From: Botryllus schlosseri | Lineage: Eukaryota | Length of the DNA: 64,000 nucleotides | Reading direction: 5' to 3' | Assembly (NCBI GenBank): GCA_051294905.1 | Contig: CM119383.1 | Span: 6,944,001-7,008,000 of the forward strand | Shown: piece after piece, positions 39,001 to 46,900 of the stretch | Layout: the number at the start of each line of letters is the position of its first letter | Numbering within the stretch: the first letter of the stretch is position 1 | Notes under the pieces: model-generated | The model's database searches: none | What the model was told of the DNA's origin: nothing | What the model saw: only the letters and a program-made list of their open reading frames with translations | Position numbers and translations under genes: made by a program

Positions 39001-40321
39001 AATGCAAACGAGATAGACATTAAAAACACTGCTTGCACAGATCCCGACAAGATAATATTTCAATCGGAACTGGTTCGATCGTCCGGAAATCAAACGCACG
39101 GCCTCGGAATTATTTATCAAGCCCTGCTGTGCTTTTCGTCCCAGTTACTTTCTCGGAACCAGAATGCCGGCGCGGTACAGGTGGTGTCTTCGCTTCAAAA
39201 CTGTCTTCCTGTCCGCCGGAATTTGTACGGCCAGTCGGAGATCAGTGCAAAATGGAAATTTTGCCTTTCGTGTCATGGCGAATTTGCGTCCAATCCTATG
39301 TCAGGGGCTTGTCGTTGCTTAGCTTGTAGAAGTGTCAATATAGGGTGTGCTGTACGCTTCTCGGCTTAGACGAGCGCGTTGTTGTGTGACATGGAAATAC
39401 GTGTCTGCCGTGCTGAATTTCGTTTATCCCCATTTTTAGCTGGTGCCTATTTCGGTGAGCATCCACACTCTTTCTGAGCACTGCAATGTGAAATCACAGC
39501 TTTAAATGCAATCTGTCGAAACATGAGCATGTGACTCGTAGCATGCAACACTTGACCATGCGGGTTAAAGTAAGCGTTAGGATTATTTGGGGGTTGGGGT
39601 TCTGATTAGAGTTGGAGCTTGCCTCAGGGTGAGTTTGGGTCAGGGTTGTAACCAAGTCGTAAGGTTCCGAGTCACAAGTCAATCGCACTTTTATAGTTTT
39701 GACTCGAGTAAAGTCGAGTCATTTTCAATTTACCACCGAGTCAAGTTCAAGTCAGCTATTAGAGAGTCCGAGTCATAGTGTTTCGAGTCCGAGGCCAAGT
39801 TATTATGTTCACTGTTCAGTTTTCAGTTCAACCCACTTTTTTCAACTCTGCTTGAGTGATATAGAATGGCTCGCATTCATAATAGTACTTTTCCTCAGTT
39901 ATAACAGCCTCTGGCCCTATTTTCCAAGTATCAGGACTGAAGGACGAAATACCAATAATTGACTAGAGTCGAGTCATTTTACGGATTTGAAGAATGACTC
40001 TAGTCTAGTGGGGTCACAAAAATCTCGAGTCGAGTCATTACAACCCTGGTTAAGGGTTACAAAGTCACATTTTAAAGTATCGCTTTTTATTCTGTCGCAT
40101 GCCCAAATGTCAGGCAACCGCTAATAGATATACTTATTTTCTGTGTCATTCAAATGTATGTTCTTTAATTTTTACTTTTTTTATCACTACTCCCAATTCT
40201 GTTTACAGAAAGCAAGGAGCCCAGACCGGAGCACATTGCCATTCGTTTCAAGAATGAAGCTCTTTGCGCGGCATACATGGATCAGATACGTGATGTCAAG
40301 GCTAATCCTGGATTCGGTTGA
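1..40321 (+). CDS. RANBP2: RanBP2/Nup358 nucleoporin, spliced gene, 5' end outside the window; 62 exons here
   Basis: Exons (GT-AG flanked, phases chain without a break): 1-26, 450-592, 924-1065, 1120-1220, 1802-1979, 2086-2221, 2286-2430, 3315-3492, 4406-4458, 4522-4645, 4954-5153, 5730-5844, 5912-6010, 6666-6846, 7115-7182, 7366-7443, 7504-7581, 7921-7974, 8514-8636, 9227-9560, 9618-9740, 12019-12167, 12508-12597, 12661-12751, 13057-13202, 13715-13873, 14182-14389, 14815-14922, 14983-15093, 15745-15884, 18279-18410, 18564-18780, 18838-18913, 20077-20390, 21251-21336, 21395-21478, 21538-21582, 21642-21701, 22997-23063, 23324-23488, 23913-24173, 24464-24514, 25720-25883, 27367-27495, 27561-27665, 28016-28201, 28514-28667, 28724-28826, 28896-29109, 29959-30096, 30169-30297, 30786-31080, 31243-31334, 31645-31917, 32181-32238, 32310-32435, 32839-32952, 33015-33244, 36240-36404, 37733-37870, 38759-38861, 40209-40321 (TGA 40319-40321). 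Contains repeated RanBD motifs (HFEPxxxLP, TGEE, WKERGxG, MRR[E/D]Q, CxNH, RFK), RanBP2 zinc fingers, FG repeats and the Nup358 N-terminal region. Confidence 0.95.
450..6846 (+). CDS. RANBP2: Nup358 N-terminal alpha-helical (TPR/leucine-rich) region exons
   Basis: Peptides [76 protein letters not shown] and RRAVHYW resemble, from memory, the N-terminal region of human RANBP2 (RLSxxGHMLLNL, ICILDLEVFL, KSWWDAV, HGLQPALL, RSVHYW). Confidence 0.85.
1443..1730 (+). repeat. Interspersed repeat with degenerate (CCCTAA)n-like core
   Basis: Core 1519-1630 is made of CCCNAA-like hexamers flanked by AGCATGCAACACTT / AAGTGTTGCATGCT inverted motifs. Opposite-strand copy at ~39490-40115 (GGTTTCCTGACATATGAGCATGCGACAC matches the reverse complement of 40085-40110); partial copy at ~6450-6560. 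Ends approximate. Confidence 0.65.
3540..4340. repeat. Interspersed repeat family shared with ~55690-56080 (opposite strand)
   Basis: AACATCTACGATACAAACGAAATG (~4222) and the TTTTGAC-rich segments have reverse-complement matches near 55800-56070. Interrupted by RanBP2-free intron sequence; ends approximate. Confidence 0.5.
8255..8445 (-). mobile_element. Penelope-like retroelement 3' fragment
   Basis: Matches 58320-58480 and the reverse complement of 60345-60515 (TCTAAAAATAGTACA, CAACTAG...ATATCAACAAT...ATGACGT, hammerhead motif). Confidence 0.7.
8267..8299 (-). ncRNA. Minimal type I hammerhead ribozyme motif
   Basis: Minus strand reads ACCC-CTGACGA-GTGTCAGCC-GAAA-TAT-TC-GGGC: stem I CCC/GGG, CUGANGA box, G-C closed short stem II, GAAA, UC cleavage site. 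Confidence 0.65.
9980..11416. mobile_element. Non-autonomous piggyBac-type DNA transposon (~1.44 kb)
   Basis: TTAA|CCCTTTGTAACCGGCCGG at 9976-9997 and CGCCGGTCGCAAAGGG|TTAA at 11401-11420: TTAA TSD, CCC...GGG termini, imperfect TIR. No transposase ORF seen. Confidence 0.85.
13057..14389 (+). CDS. RANBP2: Ran-binding domain 1 (3 exons)
   Basis: [54 protein letters not shown]...[13 protein letters not shown]...[13 protein letters not shown]...FAVRFK. Confidence 0.95.
15745..18780 (+). CDS. RANBP2: Ran-binding domain 2 (3 exons, first intron carries a 2 kb hAT element)
   Basis: [52 protein letters not shown]...[13 protein letters not shown]...[10 protein letters not shown]...LLAVRFK. Confidence 0.95.
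16350..16445. repeat. ~37-bp tandem repeat (about 2.5 units) inside the hAT element
   Basis: TGATAGAGAACCAACGAATTCACGTCTACATACTATC / TGATAGAGAACCAACAAATTCACGTCAAGATACTAGT / TGATAGAGAATCAA. Confidence 0.8.
17213..17440 (-). pseudogene. hAT transposase C-terminal dimerization domain remnant
   Basis: [47 protein letters not shown]...[10 protein letters not shown] fits the hATC pattern W...L..PASSA..ERVFS...R. Confidence 0.85.
19342..19899. mobile_element. hAT MITE, CAGGGTTGTAA family (reverse orientation relative to 15898)
   Basis: CGGGGTTGTAATGACTC... and ...GGTTACAACCCTA termini, GACTCGAGTC arrays; no TSD match. Confidence 0.8.
20077..20390 (+). CDS. RANBP2: Exon with two tandem RanBP2-type zinc fingers
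   Basis: [20 protein letters not shown] and [20 protein letters not shown] fit W-x-C-x2-C-x3-N-x6-C-x2-C. Confidence 0.92.
20457..20815. mobile_element. Partial copy of the TAGGGCT foldback MITE family
   Basis: Starts TAGGGCTGTTCAAAAAAACTTTT...CACTGGCTACTTGATAAAATTGTTAGG as in 47255-47772. Other partial copies at ~2530-2860, ~16620-17010, 29312-~29690 and ~33258-33650. Confidence 0.75.
22030..22255. repeat. Tandem duplication (~140 bp period) rich in AAAAAGTTGCA
   Basis: TTTCCAGTAAAAAGTT...ATCGAAAAGAGT(C/T)GCAAAAAAGTTGCATGATAAATC occurs at ~22029 and ~22172. Confidence 0.75.
23259..23291 (+). ncRNA. Degenerate hammerhead motif in a Penelope-like fragment (~23090-23300)
   Basis: CTGACGA-GTGTCAGCC-AAAACGTTC-GGGT; the G of GAAA is missing, stem III is the palindrome AACGTT. 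The upstream sequence reads ...EYFVYDLKL, like the Penelope endonuclease C-terminus. Confidence 0.5.
23913..24173 (+). CDS. RANBP2: IR-like (internal repeat, SUMO E3 region) motif a
   Basis: [32 protein letters not shown] resembles the human IR1 pattern ([30 protein letters not shown], recalled). Confidence 0.7.
24551..25386. mobile_element. Tc1/mariner (Tc2/pogo-like) MITE, ~836 bp
   Basis: TA|CCGTAATTTTCC at 24549 and GGAAAATTACGG|TA at 25375-25388; TA TSD; repeated GGGTGCGT(A/G)TTATACATGGG subterminal motifs. Confidence 0.8.
26438..26973. mobile_element. hAT MITE, CAGGGTTGTAA family
   Basis: CAGGATTGTAAC...TTACAACCCTC; TSD GAAAATAT/GGAAATAT (7/8). Other fragments of the family at ~4745-4860, ~25955-26070, ~29700-29830, ~40930-41290 and ~48005-48300. 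Confidence 0.82.
27367..28201 (+). CDS. RANBP2: Ran-binding domain 3 (3 exons)
   Basis: [22 protein letters not shown]...[25 protein letters not shown]...[13 protein letters not shown]...[10 protein letters not shown]...FTARFK. Confidence 0.95.
28896..30860 (+). CDS. RANBP2: Ran-binding domain 4 (4 exons)
   Basis: [53 protein letters not shown]...[13 protein letters not shown]...LWTARDFSD...LQFALRFK. Confidence 0.95.
32310..32952 (+). CDS. RANBP2: IR-like motif b followed by an acidic M-like segment
   Basis: [32 protein letters not shown] then [19 protein letters not shown]; same D-V-h-x-V/L...P...L-x-L-P-x-x-F-F/Y pattern as motif a. Confidence 0.7.
36240..40321 (+). CDS. RANBP2: Ran-binding domain 5 and C-terminus (4 exons)
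   Basis: [54 protein letters not shown]...[13 protein letters not shown]...[10 protein letters not shown]...GFG*. Confidence 0.9.
36841..37341. mobile_element. hAT MITE (TIR CAATGTTCCCTCTAA) carrying a nested MITE
   Basis: TIR CAATGTTCCCTCTAA / TTAGAGGGAACATTG; perfect 8-bp TSD GTTAGGAG (36833-36840, 37342-37349). A second copy lies at 55510-55645. Confidence 0.9.
37026..37324. mobile_element. Nested hAT MITE (TIR CAGGGGTTCTCAACC)
   Basis: CAGGGGTTCTCAACC / GGTTGAGAACCACTG; perfect 8-bp TSD GCTTAGAG (37018-37025, 37325-37332). Confidence 0.9.
37900..38066. mobile_element. Short MITE with CAGTGG termini
   Basis: CAGTGGTCGGATTC / GAATCCACCACTG and inner AGCCGGTT / AACCGGCT; no TSD recognised. 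Confidence 0.6.
39641..40048. mobile_element. hAT MITE, CAGGGTTGTAA family, inserted in a TTAGGG-like repeat
   Basis: CAGGGTTGTAACC...TTACAACCCTG; flanks GTTTGGGT / GTTAAGGG do not form a clean TSD. Confidence 0.8.
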
Positions 40322-40485
40322 CGGCGGCGACTGGCTGATGTTCAGTTTTTTATGGGCTTTTGATGCTGTGATGTTGTAGGTTGCTCCGGGGGCCGTTTCT
40401 TCCTATTCAATTATGTCATCGTATGTTTTGTACGCGCCGACTGCAATTTCGAAGTCGTTTTGCCTCTATGTTGGATACAGCCTTT

Positions 40486-40491
40486 AATAAA
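40486..40491 (+). terminator. Candidate polyadenylation signal for RanBP2
   Basis: AATAAA ~165 bp after the stop codon, followed by GT/T-rich sequence. No transcript evidence. Confidence 0.35.
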
Positions 40492-43400
40492 ACACGAGTG
40501 GTTTACATAGAATCTGTGATTTGTGTGCCGCAGGGTCTCAGTAAGATGTTCAATAGATTGGCTACAATGTTTGAAACCATGCCTGTTACTTGTTTGTGTA
40601 CTGAGGTATTGAAATCCACTGAGAGAGAGTGAGAGTCTTCATTTTCATCCAATCAAAATACATGAACTGACGGCGATGATGTTGGTACAGAAAATATGCA
40701 ATTATTCATGCACTTGCACAGTATTCTCTGTCCGATAGGAATAGTTGAAACGTCCGTGAAGGTCAACTAGTCTGATCACACCCGCATCAAACAGGGACAC
40801 TTGTCTCTATAAACTGTTAGGATATGTTATGAAGTGCAATGGAGATGAGTGCAAACTGAATTCTCCTTGCAACTAGTCGAATAACGAGACGAGAATGGCT
40901 TTTAGAAAAAGAACTGGCTAAAAGAATTCAGGTGACTCGAGTCATTTTCTAAAATATGCAAAATGACTCGTCTTGTCTTGAGGCAATTTGTGTATTGACG
41001 AGAGTCCTATGAGTCGAGACTAGGACGACCAAGACAGGCACTTCGCTGGATGTTCCAAGAATGGTAAGCCATCACATTATTGATATTTCGTCTATCAATA
41101 CTGGTCTTGGCAAAATAGGACCAAAAACTGTGTAAAGTGAGAAAAATTGTAAAATTTAACCCACTACCCTCGTAGAGTAGTAATAAAGTAAGTTGGACAG
41201 GATTGGACTCGAAAATGAACAGTGAATACAATGACTGACTCAGAATCGAAATCAGACACCCTCAGACTAGCATTTGAAACCTGACTTGAAGTGAAGTGAC
41301 GTACTGGATTCATGATCGTGGTGTTTCGTCCTCTCGCGGCGGTCACCTGAATATGCATTCGTTCGACTACATGTAATGATATTATATCTTCAAAAACGTT
41401 ATTCTTTACCATCTGTAAAGACATATATATTGTTTTCTCGCCAGGAATCTCGAAAAATAATATTGCTGCTTCATCCTCTCTTCTGAGCCATAACGGCTAT
41501 TTTTCTTGGAAGTCTTCGTTCGACTTCATTAAGCAACCACTGTATTAAGCATTTGTAGGGGAGTGCTAGAGTGCCGCACTTCTTTATGTCTCTGCTTAAT
41601 AGGACCATGTATTGTATTTTACATATACTGTAGCGTGGCTATATCGAATAGCTCGCGCTCGACTTTAGTCTGGAGAATCGTATATTACGTGGCAAGCTAC
41701 ATCTTAGTCGAAGGACTGAATGATAGACATTATTGGGCATTCATCTACGCGATTTGTCCTGTTTTGTTTGTTTAATACGACTTCAAAGTTGCGTTTGTTC
41801 TAACTGTAACTATTAACTAACCAAACTGAAATAGCTAATGTCGTCGTACTATAATATTTTTCTCCCATCCTAGTTGATATATATTTGATGAATCTTGTTT
41901 TGTCCCCTTGTATAGCAAGATGAATACCGTACTGTATATTGCTACATTCCATCTTTGTCGCCACTTGCCAACAGTGTTTTTAGGCTTTTACAATGTCCCG
42001 TAGATAGTTGTCCTGCTGGTACAGTACTGTTTGCTCACTTGTGGTATTTGTAGTTGTACTGTATAATGATACATAACTTATTCTTTGCTGTACATAGGCA
42101 GTAGGCTATTTGCCGTTTTATATTGAAATGATTTTGACAAGTTCATTCAGACACCAGACACATTTTCTGTACTAAGATATTCCCTTCATCTTGCTTTTAC
42201 TTTCATTCAGTGTGCATGCTTCCTTTTTACGTCACCTAGGCCAGGTAGGTGTATGATTTCGAAGACTACTCCAGGTCGTTTTGACACCTTTCTATATCTT
42301 TCATTGTATCGCGGTCTTGTGGTGTATGAATTGAAATTGTTAAGAATAACGTGAATTGTTTCGTTATGGTTATGGTACAGTATTGTACATGCTCTGGGCC
42401 TGTCATATTTTACCAGCTACATTCATATGATTAAGTAAATTCGTCACTAAGATATGATGTCTGATTAAATCAATCATGAAAATTTTGTTGACTGACCTCA
42501 GCTTATGAAGAAGTTAATGTCTTTGTCTCTAGATGTGTGGCAAGCCTGTTGATAGTTTTTGTGCGGACACAACAATATAATTGGTTGAGTATTCTGAGGC
42601 ATAATTTCAGCAAATAAATCTCAACGGCGGGGAATTAATGTTACGGTATATCTGCCCGCCACCAAACTCTAGCTGCTTGTAAGTTAAGTGATTCTAATTA
42701 TCAAGCCGAAGCAGGATCAATGATATTTTACATATCTTGTACCTCGTGAAGATGGTAATGCAATGAAACTGAAGAAATTCAATTTCACAAGTCCTAGAAC
42801 AGGGGTCAGCAATTCGAAATTGGTAAAGGGCCACTTTTCCAACCAGGTTGACGCCGAGAGCCGCAATATTGCAATGTTGAAACGAATGAGTTGAACACTT
42901 CACTAAATTTTGCTCTCTATCTCTGAAGATACACGTATTTACGTATACTACAATAAATAAACATCAATAAAAATTTGAAATATCAGATATTACGATGTGC
43001 GCTTAATATTCATATTGTATGATGAGTCAAAGCTAATGTTCGGAAACTATGTGCAGCGACTAAGGAGTCCATATTGGGTCAAAATTGCCGTGGTTTATTC
43101 TAAGGTTGTTTCCAAGCGTTCGTCTGCCTATCGCGAGCGTTAGCCAGGTTTATTAGCACTAATTTTGTGACTATGTTCAAATTTGGGAAAAGGCTTCATG
43201 TGACAAAACTTGTGTTCGCGTTTTTTGAGTATTTTGCTCTCTCTGCTTGCTGACAAACACTGTATTTTCTTCTGAAAGAAGTATAGTTGAAAGCAGATGA
43301 GACATTGGGTTCGGTCAGAAACCAAGCAGTACCACAGTGTTCCCTAAATTAATCTGTTTTCATTTCTAAACTTGCTTTTCTTTGATATTAAGAAAAATTA

Positions 43401-43932
43401 CCATACTTTAATCATGAACTATACGAGTAGGCTATTCCAGAACAAAACGCAGCATGTATGCAATGAACACCCAAAAAGAAAAGTTTCACGGTTGCTGTTG
43501 GTGGCTTGGTCATTGTTTGCGTCTGGCCCATTTTCACGTCAGTGTATACTGATGGAGATGAGCATAATGAGATGATAATGGGATCTTGTTCGTCATTGCG
43601 AAACTGCAATTAATGTCCGCGGACTTTAAATTCGTGACGGCTGTCGCAGAGTCTCGTGGGGTGCTTCATTATCATATCCAACTGTGAAAGCTGGTGACAC
43701 ATGTATTCTATGTGTGATCAACAATAGAATCAAGTTATATATTTTCTTGATACATTTGGTTCAACATACTACATGTATTACATTTTACAAATATCACTGC
43801 TACAACGGTAATGTTGTTTTCTAATCGCAGGTCCTACCAGTCATGTTATAGCAAGAAAGTCGGTTTACTATTCATATTCTGGTGTTGGTGGCGGTAACCT
43901 GGTAGTACACTCCAGATTACTGTGGTTTCACA

Positions 43933-46900
43933 ATGTCAAGTAGCGAAGATGGCATCAGTCAAAGTAGCAAGAAGAAGAAGCACAATAGAAGACGATTCTT
44001 AAGAATATTCCGGTTGGTTTGCCGTAGATATCTTATAATTGATTTCGTAATATTCACAATGTTGAAATGTGTGCATTTAAGATGTCTGTGATATTCCATT
44101 GCTGTTGTAGGTAACCAAGTGTTAATATTCAACCGATGACTTGTTATTTGTAATGTTGTGGATCGATATCATATTAAATTGCATCGCTATCAATTCTAAT
44201 ATCTTATCCCAAGGCAGTTGTGGTCAACTGTATGTAAAAATTATGACGAGCGGTTCGTGGTCCCTGTTAGGCTTCAGGTATGTTAAAATTGATGCTCGAA
44301 ATTGATCTCTACGAAATGTAACTGGCTGAGCGTCAATCGTATGTAATGGTTTCAATGTTCAATTGAATTATGTTTTCATTATGAAATAAGTCGGAATGTT
44401 TTCAGCTGATACCCGTCAGGGGTAATCGTCCGCAACTAGTACATGATAGGAAAGAACATTGTACGTCGACTGTCGTATCACCAAATATGACGTCTCTGGG
44501 ATCGAATTTCGAATAATAGCGGTTTCACAATTTCACTGTATCACACATACTGGTAGTTGGTGTCATGGTGTGTTAACACTACTGTTCATCTCTATGGTAT
44601 ATTGCCCTTTTCCTGTTGACTGTAGGTGTAGGCTTGGGGTTAAGTACATCCATACGGTTGTGAATTAAAATGGTGATGTCACCGTGGTACACTGAAATGC
44701 TAGGTGCTAGGTCGTTATGGAAATACGCAAGAGAATGAAGGGATATGCATGGTAGTATTATTGAATTGACCTTGATGAATATATCATATAGCACCATGAA
44801 TTTGATGTTGTAGATTATAATATATAATAGCGCTCTCTTGACTCAGACATCAGACTTGTTTGGTTAATTGCAATATACCTGCTATGTAAAGTCATAGATA
44901 AAATTATCAAATCAATTCCATTGATTGTGATTAATTGTCAAATGGTGTTCGTGGATGCATTCAAATTAAATCGTTACGAGTAAGGTTACTTTCATAAGCC
45001 GCTATCGTGTCCTCATCATCTTGTGATCACACGTTTATTTGTTGTGTTAAGATGGCAATAGTGACGGAGGTATGACGGACAACTCAGTTTCTCTTATAAT
45101 CTCTCAACGATGTTGAAATAATTGTGAAATATGTCAGAATCACTGTGGAGATGTAAGAGATAAAATGATAAAATCGGTCTGTGACTATTGTTTCTACGTC
45201 AATTACTCGCATATAAGCCTCGCCCACATATATCACACTATGTTGATAAAGTTGGTTCTTGGCAGTGACAAGAATTTTGCCTTTAAACTAGGGACGAAAC
45301 TGGTAATCTTTGTATACCAACACAGTATCCTATTACCTACATTTACATAGGAAGGAACTCGAGGAAGCATTATCGGTATCACATATTACTAAAATTTACC
45401 GTTTGTATGTGCAACATGCTTCAACAAAATAAGAATCAAAGTATACATTAGTAAGATTCATGAAATAGCTTTTAGACGGTGATGATAGAATATCGTCGCA
45501 GTGGAATCAAAGTGACTTAGGATGTCCAGTTTTCAAATTTTGAAGGTCCATTTTTAAAACTTGAAAAACATCAAGTTTTTTAAGAATTTTCAGTTCTTTC
45601 TGCCACATCTTGACCATGGTTATGTCTGTTTCAATAATTCAAAGTTGATCAGGGCCAACATATGGCTGAAAGAAGATGAAAACTTGATGTAGAGCCAATT
45701 TTCTCAAAATATGTAAAATGGATATAGTCACTGTGATTCCACTGCGACGATATGTGCATTGTAATTGCTGCGTCGAAATCTTGTCAAATTCAGATCTCGA
45801 CCATGCAATTTCACACTGGAAACTGTAGTCAATAACCGTTGTCGATTTGTTTCAGGCTGCCTTATCGAAATTCTAGATCTTCGAAGAAAAGGGAAGATCC
45901 TGAGACTGGCGTGACCGCTCCAAACCCCGACGGTTTACAGCAAGATTCCAGCTTATCTGGCGACCTTGCTTCCCTTGCGGCGTCCTCGCGTGGCGATGCC
46001 GTCACCATTGGCAGCATGCCGTTAGACAGCTCAGGTAAATACCGTACCTAAGTTGATGCTTTACAACACAACTGCCACCAGTAGCCTATTGTTTTGATAT
46101 TTCCCACCGTGTGCGTTGTGTTGCTTTTGACTTTGAACTCTTTGGTCTCTCAAGCTGAACTTTTCACGATATGTAGATGACGTCACGTCACAAAATTTTT
46201 CGGAATTGTCTTTCCTGGTATGCTGTTATGATTACAGTGGTTCTGTTTGGTAATTTCTAGAATGAGCAGAGAATTACAAGGCTTGATTCTGACATTATAC
46301 TGCGTTGACCTTGGATCATTTTTCTTTCCTTCTGTTTCATAATTCATGGCAGACTTCAGATATGGGGCTTACAGTAAGCAGTGAATGATTTCAGTTGTCA
46401 GTTTGTATTTTGAATGTGTGTCTTGATCTATAGTTGGCTACGCATCATTCAACGAGGTATTGATTAAACGTCGGTTTCGTAGGTGCATTATTGTAAGATG
46501 TATTTCTTATAGTGTTCACAATTCAATTCAATGATAAACATCCAAAATAAAAATAATAATTTTCCTTGCCATCTACATACAATCTTCTGTGATGACTTTG
46601 TCGTCTGTCAAAAAACATGCGTGCGTGTGTGGATGGAAAGACAGATTGCTTGATATTTGATACCTACATATCCAGTTCATGTGATTTCCGAGATTATGAC
46701 TGCCCCTAGCACCTTCATAGTGGGCCTTGGTGCCTTATGAATGATTGAAATCCGCACAGCAATCAATGAACAATCAACTTATATCTCGTAACTGATTTCT
46801 CGTTTATAGTAAATGTATGTTTGGCTTATTTGTTGCAACAGCTACGGACCAATGCATACATTTGTTCGCTCTCTCATTGAAAACAATGTATAATCAAACC

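Noticed and set aside
39033-39369. Cys-rich ~100-codon open frames after a possible acceptor, considered as an alternative last exon
   Set aside because: It would truncate RBD5 and shows no recognisable motif; likely chance ORFs.
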